Source: Deltaproteobacteria bacterium
Lineage (GTDB): Bacteria > Desulfobacterota > Desulfobaccia > Desulfobaccales > 0-14-0-80-60-11
DNA length: 64,000 bases
Direction of reading: 5' to 3'
NCBI GenBank assembly: GCA_021813445.1
Contig: JAKAKP010000144.1
Span: forward strand, 30,447-94,446
Below the pieces are notes generated by a model. The model had not been told where the DNA came from, ran no database searches, and saw only the letters and a program-made list of their open reading frames with translations. A program made the position numbers and the translations under genes. Within the stretch, counting starts at the first letter, position 1. Every line of letters begins with the position of its first letter. Of this stretch, positions 10,119 to 19,202 are shown piece after piece.

Positions 10119-10631
10119 ATGAAAGCTCTAGGTATATTCTTAGTATTGACTACTGCGGCGACTACCGCGGCGGTGGCCCAACCCCCGCAGTTTTGGCCCA
10201 AGACCGCGCCCAGAATCGGCAACCTTTACCTGAAGCAGGAATACTGGAACTACATCAAGGAAGCAGCCCAACGCTATGACATTTCTCCCTTTCTCATCCA
10301 GGCGGTCTGCGCCATTGAATCTAGATATGACCCGGAGGCCAAGTCGGGGAAATGCTACGGCCTGATGCAGTTACATAAGGATACTGCCAAGAAATATGGG
10401 GTGGACGCGCATAATCCCCGGGAAAACATTATGGGGGGAGCCGCGGTCCTGGCCCACCTGCTGGAGAGGTTCCACGGCAACATCAGCAGGGTGCTGCATG
10501 TCTATAACGCCACCTGCGATGCTTCCTATGAGCGCGAGGTCCTCCGTGCCTATCATCAGGCGCAGCTCATGGAATCTCAGACTCCGTTCCTGGAAGCCTC
10601 ATCCCGGCTGTCCCATCACTATCGCAATTAG
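10119..10631 (+). CDS. Lytic transglycosylase (SLT domain) protein, secreted
   Basis: Signal peptide plus the SLT catalytic block AIESRYDPEAKSGKCYGLMQL. Confidence 0.8.
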   Translation: MKALGIFLVLTTAATTAAVAQPPQFWPKTAPRIGNLYLKQEYWNYIKEAAQRYDISPFLIQAVCAIESRYDPEAKSGKCYGLMQLHKDTAKKYGVDAHNPRENIMGGAAVLAHLLERFHGNISRVLHVYNATCDASYEREVLRAYHQAQLMESQTPFLEASSRLSHHYRN

Positions 10632-10664
10632 CGAGCCGCTGAAAAGCGGAGGTCGCCGAAAAAA

Positions 10665-10695
10665 GGAAAAGCCGCCTGGTCCAGGCGGCCTTTCC
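10665..10695. terminator. Candidate bidirectional terminator hairpin between convergent genes
   Basis: The hairpin is gaaaagccgcc-tggtcca-ggcggcctttc. The flanking A and T tracts are weak. Confidence 0.4.
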
Positions 10696-10731
10696 CCCAT
10701 CATTGACTCGGGCTGCTGTAGTCGCCCCGGA

Positions 10732-11961
10732 TTACTGATACTGGATATAAGTCGGTCTCGGGGTCAGCTTCAGCAGGTCCTGACAGGTCAGCAGCGGGTC
10801 ACCTTTTTTGGTGTCATTGTGATAGAAGAGCTTGAAGCCCGTATATTGGACCGGCTCCTTGATGATATAATCCCGGTACGAATCACGCTTCAGCCAAGGA
10901 GGGCCCCAGCCGTCCATATTCATGACGATCTGCACCTCGGGGCGGAGCACGATATTCTTGGCATTGGTGACCATGTTGCGGGTGAAGCGGTGGACAATAA
11001 ACACCTTGGGCGGCAGGTGATACTTTTTCACCAATTCCTGGAGAAAGCCTGAGGCGTAGTTGATGTCCGCGGCATCATAGGTGCCGATCTTCTTCCCCGG
11101 TATCTTGCCGCTCTTGATCATGTTGAACTCCGGGTCCATGGCCAGGTGCACGTCCGGATTCTTCAAGATCCACTCGAAGCGGGGCAGGATGGTGCGGATG
11201 TCGGAATGTCCCGTCTGGATGTCGATGAAGAGGATGGCCTTAATCTCTTTGGCCCAGCTGTAAACCTCGTTGACCACCGCGTCCGGCATAATCATCCGGT
11301 ATTTGCCGGCCTTGCCCGGCGCCCCCTGGGCCACCACCGTCACCAGGTGCAGGGCGGGTTGTACCGGGGTGGACGGGTCCGCTTTCTCCCATTTGGCCAC
11401 CTCGGCTTGCAGCCGGCGCAGCATCTCGTCCTTGGGGTACTCACCCAGGGCCCCCATTTTCTTGGATTTAGGGTTGCCATAGTAGGCGACAATCCGCTTA
11501 TAGGGCAGAATTGCACCCGGCAGCGGCTGGGCCAGTTTCAACGGCCAGCCGCACTTTTGGGCATACTCCGGGTTCTCGCCTGCCAGGTACTTGATCTTGG
11601 CCGGTTTACTCTCGGGGCCGGTGGCCTTGACCATTTTCATCGGGGGTCCGGCGGGAGGAGCAGGGGCGGCCTCGGCATTGGGGGGCGAGGTTTTCTCGCC
11701 TGCGGCTGGAGCCGCCGGCGTATCGGCTGGGGCCGCGGCCGGGGCCGGGGCAGTAGCCGGCGCTGGGACCGAGGGCGGGGTCTTTGCCGCGGCCGGGGCC
11801 GGGGAGGCAGCAGCGGCCTGATCATTTATCGCGGTGGTGGTCGCCGCGGCATCGTCAGGACCATCGCTGGCACAGCCGGCCAGGATGAACGCCAAAAATA
11901 GGGCAGCCGGCAGCAAATAAGCAAATTTCCGGATAGACCGATGTAAATGCGGGTGGGTCAC
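10732..11961 (-). CDS. Lipoprotein with an Ala/Pro-rich linker and an uncharacterised C-terminal domain
   Basis: Lipobox FILAGC, then about 90 aa of low-complexity AAPAPA sequence, then a conserved-looking globular domain of about 280 aa that I could not assign to a family. Confidence 0.55.
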   Translation of the reverse strand: MTHPHLHRSIRKFAYLLPAALFLAFILAGCASDGPDDAAATTTAINDQAAAASPAPAAAKTPPSVPAPATAPAPAAAPADTPAAPAAGEKTSPPNAEAAPAPPAGPPMKMVKATGPESKPAKIKYLAGENPEYAQKCGWPLKLAQPLPGAILPYKRIVAYYGNPKSKKMGALGEYPKDEMLRRLQAEVAKWEKADPSTPVQPALHLVTVVAQGAPGKAGKYRMIMPDAVVNEVYSWAKEIKAILFIDIQTGHSDIRTILPRFEWILKNPDVHLAMDPEFNMIKSGKIPGKKIGTYDAADINYASGFLQELVKKYHLPPKVFIVHRFTRNMVTNAKNIVLRPEVQIVMNMDGWGPPWLKRDSYRDYIIKEPVQYTGFKLFYHNDTKKGDPLLTCQDLLKLTPRPTYIQYQ

Positions 11962-12754
11962 AGACTACTCCTTGAATGAAATAGGCGGCGTCAGGGGGCT
12001 CAACCGGCTGGCAGGATAGTCTCGGGATTACCTCAGGATAACTTGGACCTCATTCCCCGCCTCCCTTGGGGGAAGGAGGAGGAGGAGTGGCCGTCTTCTG
12101 GGGTGGCTTCGGCTGCCTTGGCTGGCGGGTCCGGAGGCTTGCGTCCACCCCGAATTTCACCCCCCCGTCCCCGCACCCAGGCCCCGGCACGGGAGGGAGA
12201 ATAGGCCTTCAAGATCAACTACCGGTAATTTTCAGACTATAATCTATTGCCTCAAAAAATATCATTAATCACAGGTCTGCCCCACAGCAGCCTGAGCCAT
12301 CTTCCACGCCCTTTACCAGGACCTTCTTAGGTAAATTCATCTCTGTCAAGAGAGGTCATGGTGTTCATATAATAACAGTTACTCTAGAACATCGGCAAAA
12401 GTTTATCCAGAAAATTTTTCCAAGCAGAATTATTTTTTGGGGGAAAGAGTTCCCTACACTCCTTCCAGCCCCCGGAGGGCTCTCCCCAAAGACTAATCTT
12501 TGCCAACAATTTTTTTTTAACCGGCGGCGCAGCCTTTCAAGGCTGCGCCAAAAAACTGCGCAAGCCTGCGCTCCCAAAAAATACCTTAAATCAAGCACTT
12601 TCTTACTCCCCCTTTGAAAAAGGGGGCTGGGGGGATTTTGAGGCGCTCCAATCCTAAGACCCCGTGGTTCATAAGAATTTAGCCCTGGTAGCATCTGGAC
12701 ACAATCAGAAATGCTTTCCCGCCAAATTAAGACTTGTGGCTAATGATAAGCCCG

Positions 12755-12785
12755 AAAAAAAAGGGCGGCCCCAGAAGCGCCGCCC
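12755..12785 (-). terminator. Rho-independent terminator of the spy/cpxP-like gene
   Basis: On the minus strand the sequence is gggcggc-gcttctggg-gccgccc followed by T8. Confidence 0.8.
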
Positions 12786-12811
12786 TCCCCTGGTTTTAAT
12801 CTGGGGGTGGC

Positions 12812-13294
12812 TTATTGGTCTATCGGCCCCAGACCCGGGCAGTCACCAGGCATGGCCATGCCCATCTGCATGCCCATACCCATGCCGGGGCCCATACCCA
12901 TGCCCATGCCTCTACCCATGCCTTTACCGGGTCCGAAGGGGATAGGAGCAATCTTCCGGGCCTGAATCCGGAAGGCCACCATCTTTTCCTGCAACTGTTC
13001 CCTCAAAGCGCCGATCTCTTTCTGTTTGGCCGTAATCTTAGCCTGGTCCGGGTTTTCGGCCTTCCATAGGGCCGCCATCTCTGCCCGTTTGACCCACAGA
13101 CCCTTGCGGATGCTGGCAGTCTCATCCATAAATTTCTGCTTGAGGTCGAAAAGCTGCCCCGCCTGCTCCGGGGTGAGATTCATGCCCCGGAAGCCGCAGC
13201 GGAAAGGCTGGGCCCAGGCCGCGGTGCTCAGCCCCAGGACCAGGGCCAGCATCAGCAGCACCGGCAATCCTTTAGTCAACATTTGGTGTTTCAT
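12812..13294 (-). CDS. Spy/CpxP (LTXXQ) family periplasmic protein with a Met/Gly-rich C-terminal tail
   Basis: Signal peptide, an LTPEQAGQL (LTXXQ) motif and the C-terminal tail GKGMGRGMGMGMGPGMGMGMQMGMAMPG. Confidence 0.7.
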   Translation of the reverse strand: MKHQMLTKGLPVLLMLALVLGLSTAAWAQPFRCGFRGMNLTPEQAGQLFDLKQKFMDETASIRKGLWVKRAEMAALWKAENPDQAKITAKQKEIGALREQLQEKMVAFRIQARKIAPIPFGPGKGMGRGMGMGMGPGMGMGMQMGMAMPGDCPGLGPIDQ

Positions 13295-13481
13295 GTGCGA
13301 AATCTCCTCTTAATTTGCTCGCAAGATGGGGGAGCCGAGGTGCGGCTCTTACCCTATTAAACCCTGGACCCACCCCAATCCGGCGCGGGGGGAGAAAAAA
13401 AAGGGACCAGGGGTCAGGAAATGATAACTAGAGCCACTGCCCACTGATCACTGGAGATAAAGGGAGGAAAAATTACTGAGA

Positions 13482-14672
13482 TTACTTTTTCAGACGCAGG
13501 CGGCTGGTCAAACCCTCCAGGCGCTCGCGCCAATGAGGCCAGGAGACCGGCAGCACCGGCAGCTCCCGGACGGTGCGGTTCCAGAGGAAGAGGGCCACCC
13601 CGGCGAAAAGGAAATTGGAGATCCAGGGGGCCAAAAACGGGTTCAAGCGGGCACTGAAGGCCAAGCGCCAGGACGCGGTGAAGACTACATAATAAACCAG
13701 AAAAACCAGGAGGCCCAGGATCAGGCCCCAGGTGCGGCCGTGATGGCGGGGGCTCATCCCCAGGGGCATGGCGATGAGACACAGGAGGAGCGCACCGCAG
13801 GGCAGGGAAAATCTCCGGCTCAACTCCACCGCGTAGCGGATATGGTTATCCGAACCCGCGGGCGCCTGACGCAGGTTTTGCCATAATTCCCCCACATACA
13901 TCTCGTCTTCTGATTTCTTGCTCTTCATGCCAAAACTGAATAGGTTCAAAGGCAGCTGGTAGCTCTTAAATTCCACGGTTTGCCAGCGGGTCAGAGAAGT
14001 TCCCCAGCGCATCACCCGGCCATTCTCCAGATGGAGCACCAGGGTTTCCTGGGATTCATCGAAGGTCAATTGCCCCTTTTGGGCATAGACCGTGTTGGGA
14101 TTGTCCTTGTCCCGGGAGTCATAAATGAAGACGCCGTCCAATTGGCCGCCCTTGGGGGCCACATGGTTGACAAAGAGCATCAGCCCCTGGAAGTCCGTGT
14201 TAAAGACCTGCTCCTTAATGCCCAAATCAGCCCGGCGTTTGACCACTTCCATCATCAATTGCCGGGTGGCCTTTTGCCCCCAGGGACTGCCGTAAGCGGT
14301 GAAAAGCAGGGTCAGTATGGCAGTGGCCAGGGAAAAGATGAAAATCGGCGGCAGCAATTGGGTATAGCTCAGGCCCGCAGTCTTTAAGGCCACCACTTCC
14401 TGGTCCTCGGTTAGGCGCATGAGAGCCAGCAAGATCCCCACCGTCCCGGCCATGGGCAGAGTAAAGACCAGGAGATAGGGGAAAAGATAGGCGCAGGTTT
14501 TGAGCACCTCGATCAGGCCCACCCCCTTGACCACAATCATTTGGGTCACCCGCATCAGCCGGCCCAAAAAGACGATGGTGGTGAAAGCCAGCAGACTGGC
14601 GCCAAAGGGGGCCATAATCTCCTGGAGGAGATAACGGTAAATGATATAAGGCAGGGTCAAGGCGCGGCGCAT
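13482..14672 (-). CDS. LptF/LptG family LPS export permease
   Basis: The N-terminus IIYRYLLQEIMAPFGASLLAFT, the six-TM layout with a periplasmic beta-jellyroll insert, and the length all fit the YjgP/YjgQ family. Confidence 0.8.
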   Translation of the reverse strand: MRRALTLPYIIYRYLLQEIMAPFGASLLAFTTIVFLGRLMRVTQMIVVKGVGLIEVLKTCAYLFPYLLVFTLPMAGTVGILLALMRLTEDQEVVALKTAGLSYTQLLPPIFIFSLATAILTLLFTAYGSPWGQKATRQLMMEVVKRRADLGIKEQVFNTDFQGLMLFVNHVAPKGGQLDGVFIYDSRDKDNPNTVYAQKGQLTFDESQETLVLHLENGRVMRWGTSLTRWQTVEFKSYQLPLNLFSFGMKSKKSEDEMYVGELWQNLRQAPAGSDNHIRYAVELSRRFSLPCGALLLCLIAMPLGMSPRHHGRTWGLILGLLVFLVYYVVFTASWRLAFSARLNPFLAPWISNFLFAGVALFLWNRTVRELPVLPVSWPHWRERLEGLTSRLRLKK

Positions 14673-14679
14673 GGAGGTG

Positions 14680-16506
14680 TCAGTTGCTGTTAGTTAGCAT
14701 CGGACCTGCGGGAACCATTCGGTTCTCCGCATGCCAGGAGCTTCCTTCATAACTTACTAGAATACTATTTTTATACCAGCCCAGTAAGCGAAATTTTCCC
14801 GGCAATTCCTCCTGCAGGCGTCCCAGATCCCGGGGTTTCATGAAAAAGAAGACCATTGGCCGGGCCTTCGCCCAGGAGAGCATCTCCTCGGGGGTGCGAA
14901 AAAACAGAGAGTTCTGCGGAACCAACTTCCGGCCGTAATCCAGCTCCGTGGAAAACTCCAGGATGTGAAAAATCTGCCCGCTGTAAAACGAAATCCCCTG
15001 GGAATAGAGCCGGTAACCTACCAGCCCCGCGCCCGGCCGCCAGCGGGATTTCAAAATCAGGGCCAGGTCCCGGGGCGAGCGCTGTTCACTCACTTTTTCC
15101 ATCCCCCAGAACACCAGCGTGCCCAGCAAAAACGCGCCCACAAACAGCACCCCCACCCGCCGCAGGATCAGGGTGAAACTGGGGGTCAGGGCCAGAATGA
15201 CCACTCCCAGCAGGGCGCAAGGGGTCACCAGGGCCCCCTGGAGCACCAGGGGCTTCAAAAAAGCAGGAGGCCAGATATACAGGCCCAAGGCCACCCAGCA
15301 CAGTATTGCCCAGAGGCCCAAGGTGAGCCGCAAGCCGCGGCTGTCAGCCAGCCGCCGGCCGGCTACCTCCCACAGGGCCTGGCCCACCAGGAGGGCCAGG
15401 GGCAGCAAGGCCGGGAGGATATAAGGGGCCAGCTTGCCCCGGGACAGGGTAAAAAAGCAGAGAACCACCCCGGCCCAAATGAGCAGAAACACCCGGTCCG
15501 GATTGCCTCTGACCTTCTGCCGCCCCAAGGCCCAGGGCAGGAGCAGGCACCAGGGCAGCATGAAGGCCAGGAGGATGGGCAGGTAATAGAAAAAGGAGTG
15601 CTGGTGGTGGATGTAGGGAGTCAGGTAGCGCCCCAGATGCTGCTCCAGGATAAAAAACCGCCAGAAATCCGGATAGCGTATCGTTACCACCAGGAACCAG
15701 GGCAGGGAGACCGCGGCCAGGAGCGCCAGGGGCCAGGGATGGAGCCAGGAGCGGACCCAGGGACGCGACTGGGCCCAGGCCGTGGTGGTCCAGATGATGG
15801 CCGCCAAGACCAGGGCCACCGGCCCTTTGGTGAGGACCCCCAGGGCCAGGGCCAGATAAGCCCACCACCACAAATAGCGGCGCTCCCGGCTCATGGCCAG
15901 GTAACCCAGCCCCACCCCCAGGTTGAGGAAGAAAGTCAGGGCCATGTCCAGGGTCAGGAGCCGGCCCATGACCACATAGCCCCCGCAAGTGGCCAGGACC
16001 AGGGCGCTGAGCATGCCCGCGGCCGCTCCCCAGAAGGCCTTCCCCAGATAATATGCCAGAATGATGCCCCCCAAAGCGCACAGGGCCGAGGGCAGGCGCG
16101 CGGCCAACTCGGAAAACCCCAAAACCTTAAAACTCAGGGCCGTCAGCCAGTAGACCAAGGGGGGCTTTTCCAGATAAGGCAGGAGATTGAGGTGAGGGAT
16201 GAGCCAGTCCTTTAAGAGCAACATCTCCCGGGCAATTTCGGCATAGCGGCCCTCGTCCGGGTCCATCAGGCCGGGGACCTCCAGCCGGAAGAAGAAGAGG
16301 ACCAGCCCCACCAGCAACAGGGCCGGGACGGCATGCCTTATTCCCAGGGTCGGCCCCGGCCTTATGTCCCCTCCGGTCTCAGAGGTCAAGCTGCCTGCTC
16401 CGCTAAATAGGCAAATCTTGCCGGTTTTGCTCCCATCCGTCCCTCTTTTATCAATGAATTTAAATAGATTAGCCAATGGTCCATTTATTGCAAGATTGGG
16501 CTCCAT
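14680..16506 (-). CDS. GT-C fold glycosyltransferase (ArnT/PMT-like, GT39/GT83)
   Basis: DPDEGRYAEIAREML...LEKPPLVYWL is the typical first periplasmic loop, followed by many TM segments. The exact start is uncertain. Confidence 0.75.
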   Translation of the reverse strand: MEPNLAINGPLANLFKFIDKRGTDGSKTGKICLFSGAGSLTSETGGDIRPGPTLGIRHAVPALLLVGLVLFFFRLEVPGLMDPDEGRYAEIAREMLLLKDWLIPHLNLLPYLEKPPLVYWLTALSFKVLGFSELAARLPSALCALGGIILAYYLGKAFWGAAAGMLSALVLATCGGYVVMGRLLTLDMALTFFLNLGVGLGYLAMSRERRYLWWWAYLALALGVLTKGPVALVLAAIIWTTTAWAQSRPWVRSWLHPWPLALLAAVSLPWFLVVTIRYPDFWRFFILEQHLGRYLTPYIHHQHSFFYYLPILLAFMLPWCLLLPWALGRQKVRGNPDRVFLLIWAGVVLCFFTLSRGKLAPYILPALLPLALLVGQALWEVAGRRLADSRGLRLTLGLWAILCWVALGLYIWPPAFLKPLVLQGALVTPCALLGVVILALTPSFTLILRRVGVLFVGAFLLGTLVFWGMEKVSEQRSPRDLALILKSRWRPGAGLVGYRLYSQGISFYSGQIFHILEFSTELDYGRKLVPQNSLFFRTPEEMLSWAKARPMVFFFMKPRDLGRLQEELPGKFRLLGWYKNSILVSYEGSSWHAENRMVPAGPMLTNSN

Positions 16507-16642
16507 AAATAGAAATAATTCCAGAACCCTGGAGGGAATGTAGCATTTTTGCCAAGAATTTTCTCCTGATTTTCCTCTGGATTTTCATGGCGCCGCAAGG
16601 CGGCGCCGGGGGCAAGTTGAGCGCACCTGGAGGAGCGGGCAG

Positions 16643-17413
16643 ATGAAGGTGGTCATTTTAGCCGGTGGTCTCGGCACCCGGTTGGCAGAGGAGACCGAAG
16701 TCAAACCCAAGCCCATGGTAGAGATCGGCGGGCGCCCCATCTTGTGGCATATCATGAAGCTCTATGCCCATTACGGCTTCAACGAATTCCTCATTGCCCT
16801 GGGCTACAAAGGGGAGGTCATTAAGCGCTTCTTTCTGGACTACTACCGCATGAACGGCAGCATGACCATTAACCTCTGGAACGGCGATGCCCTCATGCAC
16901 CACAAAAAGGCGGAGGACTGGACGGTGCACCTTCACGACACCGGCATGAACGTCAACACCGGCGGCCGGGTCAAACGCCTGGAGTCCTGCCTGCGCAATG
17001 AGACCTTCATGGTGACCTACGGCGACGGCGTCAGCAACATTAATCTGGACGAACTGCTGAAATTTCACCACGCCCATGGCCGGTTGGCCACCGTCACCGC
17101 GGTGCGGCCCCCGGCCCGCTTCGGAGGCCTGATCTTCGACGGCGACATGGTGGCCCAGTTCACGGAAAAACCCCAGATCGGCGAAGGCTGGATCAACGGC
17201 GGTTTTCTGGTCTTCGAACCCGGGGTCTTCTCTTATTTGAAGGGAGATTTGGCCAGCCTGGAATCGGACGTCCTGGAGCAGTTGGCCGCGGAAGGGCAAC
17301 TGGCAGCCTATCGTCACGGCGACTTTTGGCAATGCATGGATACCCTGAGGGACAAGTTCCTGCTGGAAAACCTCTGGCAAAAGGGAGAACCCCCATGGCG
17401 GGTGTGGCAATGA
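16643..17413 (+). CDS. rfbF: Glucose-1-phosphate cytidylyltransferase
   Basis: [38 protein letters not shown] and overall colinearity with RfbF. There is an ATGA overlap with the next gene. Confidence 0.88.
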   Translation: MKVVILAGGLGTRLAEETEVKPKPMVEIGGRPILWHIMKLYAHYGFNEFLIALGYKGEVIKRFFLDYYRMNGSMTINLWNGDALMHHKKAEDWTVHLHDTGMNVNTGGRVKRLESCLRNETFMVTYGDGVSNINLDELLKFHHAHGRLATVTAVRPPARFGGLIFDGDMVAQFTEKPQIGEGWINGGFLVFEPGVFSYLKGDLASLESDVLEQLAAEGQLAAYRHGDFWQCMDTLRDKFLLENLWQKGEPPWRVWQ

Positions 17414-18432
17414 CCGCCGGGCAAACCCATTCCTTCTGGCAGGACCGCCCCACCCTGGTCACCGGGGCCACCGGTCTTTTAGGGGGCTGGCTGGTGCCGC
17501 GGCTGCTGGCTCAAGGTGCGGACGTGGTCTGCCTGGTGCGGGATTGGGTCCCCCAGAGCGCCTTAATTTCCGGCGACTGGCTCAATCGGGTCAAAACCGT
17601 CCGGGGGGAAATCGAGGATCAGGCGCTCCTGGAACGGGTGCTGGGGGAGTACGAGATCGACACCGTCTTCCATCTGGCCGCCCAGACCATAGTCGGCATC
17701 GCCAATCGCAACCCGGTGTCCACCTTTGCCTCTAATATCGGCGGCACCTGGGCCCTCCTGGAGGCCGCCCGGCGCAGCCCCGGGGTGCGGCAGATCGTCC
17801 TGGCCTCCTCCGATAAAGCTTACGGCGAGCACACCGGCGAGCCCTACCGGGAGGACAATCCCTTGCAGGGACGCCATCCCTACGATGTTTCCAAATCCTG
17901 CGCCGATCTCATTGCCCAGTCTTACGCGACCACTTACGGCCTGCCGGTAGCCGTCACCCGCTGCGGCAATTTTTTCGGCGGCGGCGACCTCAACTGGAAC
18001 CGCCTGGTGCCGGGGACCATTCGCGCCATTCTCCGGGGACAACCGCCGGTCATCCGTTCCGATGGCCGCTACGTGCGGGACTATTTCTACATCGAAGACG
18101 CCGCGGCCGCGTATATGCTCCTGGCCGAAAAGCTGGCGGCCCACCGGGAGCTCAAGGGTCAGGCCTTCAATTTTGCCCACGACACCACTTTGACGGTCCT
18201 GGAACTGGTGGAAGAGATCCTGCACCGCCTGGATTCCAGCCTGACCCCGGTGATCTTGAACGAGGTGCAAAGCGAAATCCTGTACCAGGCTTTGGATGCG
18301 GACAAGGCCCGCCGGGTGCTGGGCTGGCGGCCCAGGTTCTCCCTGGGGGAGGGCTTGACGCGGACCATCTCCTGGTACCGGGATTTTTTCGGGGCCGGGC
18401 AACCGCCGCTGCAGGCGGTTATGGGGAGTTAG
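17410..18432 (+). CDS. rfbG: CDP-glucose 4,6-dehydratase (SDR family)
   Basis: [20 protein letters not shown] and the YDVSKSCAD (YxxxK) motif are present, and the gene sits directly after rfbF. The start was placed at the ATGA overlap (17410). Confidence 0.7.
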   Translation: MTAGQTHSFWQDRPTLVTGATGLLGGWLVPRLLAQGADVVCLVRDWVPQSALISGDWLNRVKTVRGEIEDQALLERVLGEYEIDTVFHLAAQTIVGIANRNPVSTFASNIGGTWALLEAARRSPGVRQIVLASSDKAYGEHTGEPYREDNPLQGRHPYDVSKSCADLIAQSYATTYGLPVAVTRCGNFFGGGDLNWNRLVPGTIRAILRGQPPVIRSDGRYVRDYFYIEDAAAAYMLLAEKLAAHRELKGQAFNFAHDTTLTVLELVEEILHRLDSSLTPVILNEVQSEILYQALDADKARRVLGWRPRFSLGEGLTRTISWYRDFFGAGQPPLQAVMGS

Positions 18433-18438
18433 AAACTG

Positions 18439-18500
18439 GTAGGGTGGGCGTCTCGCCCGCCCAGGCAATTCGCCCAGGCGGAAAGCCTGGGTCACCGGTA
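18439..18500 (+). repeat. Composite double-hairpin repeat of about 62 bp (copy 1 of 3)
   Basis: The sequence gtagggtgggcgtctcgcccgcccagg...cccaggcggaaagcctggg aligns with 39806-39866 and with the reverse complement of 58858-58918. Confidence 0.75.
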
Positions 18501-18538
18501 CAAATACTTCGAACTTTGGGCTTCTTAGAGAAGAAGAC

Positions 18539-19177
18539 ATGATAATTCGCCCCCTGCCAATAGACACCGCCACCTTGATTGAGGCCGAGCCCTTCGAGGA
18601 CCACCGGGGCCTCTTTGCCCGTTTTTTCTGCGCCCAGGAACTGGCCCAGATCTTGGGGGAGCGGCAGATCGTCAACGTCAATTTCTCCTGCACCCGCCAG
18701 GCCGGGGCGGTGCGGGGGATGCATTTCCAATTTGCCCCGCACCAGGAGATGAAGCTGGTGCGCTGTATCCGGGGGGCCGTCTTTGATGTGCTCGTGGACT
18801 TGCGGCCCTCGTCCCCCACTTTTCTTAAGTGGCACGGCGAAGTCCTGTCAGCCGCCAACTTGAGGATGCTCTGCGTGCCTGAGGGGTTTGCCCATGGGTT
18901 CCAGGCCCTGGAGCCCGACAGCGAGGTGCTTTACCTCACCACTGCGTTTTACCAGCCGGACGCGGAAGGGGGCCTCCGCTACGACGACCCGGCCCTGGGC
19001 ATTGAGTGGCCCCGGGAGGTCACGGATATCTCCCGGAAAGACGCGGCCCATCCGCTCCTGCAACCGGGGCAGCAGCCCTTGGAGAGGAATGGGGCGGAGC
19101 GCGGCCCCTGGACTTTAGGATCTAAGGAATCGGTGGGCAGTGCCCACCCTACATTAACTTTGAACTTTGAACCTTGA
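18539..19177 (+). CDS. RmlC-like NDP-4-keto-6-deoxyhexose 3,5-epimerase (cupin)
   Basis: Blocks FEDHRGLFARFF, RGMHFQ, FDVLVDLR and VPEGFAHGF are present. The last ~30 aa are a non-conserved extension that runs through a REP hairpin (VGSAHPTL). Confidence 0.8.
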   Translation: MIIRPLPIDTATLIEAEPFEDHRGLFARFFCAQELAQILGERQIVNVNFSCTRQAGAVRGMHFQFAPHQEMKLVRCIRGAVFDVLVDLRPSSPTFLKWHGEVLSAANLRMLCVPEGFAHGFQALEPDSEVLYLTTAFYQPDAEGGLRYDDPALGIEWPREVTDISRKDAAHPLLQPGQQPLERNGAERGPWTLGSKESVGSAHPTLTLNFEP

Positions 19178-19202
19178 ACTATTTGAAAGAACAGGAGCAA
19201 GC

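Noticed and set aside
12030-12220. A possible SRP (4.5S) RNA, suggested by an AGCCAAGGCAG-like string on the minus strand.
   Set aside because: The surrounding sequence lacks the conserved GGAA-tetraloop helix-8 context (CCGGAAGGAAGCAGCC), and I could not fold a symmetric hairpin of the expected form. An Infernal scan would be needed before calling any RNA here.
14965-16215. A long 416-aa ORF antisense to the GT-C glycosyltransferase gene. Many similar long antisense or alternate-frame ORFs occur elsewhere, for example 16658-17410, 19179-20066, 20587-21396, 22594-23340, 23850-24623, 35145-35930, 37007-38134, 46828-47871, 49355-50650 and 60691-61632.
   Set aside because: Their translations are low-complexity Gly/Pro/Arg/Gln-rich sequences typical of stop-codon-poor shadow frames in high-GC DNA. 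In every case the opposite or other frame encodes a protein with clear family motifs.
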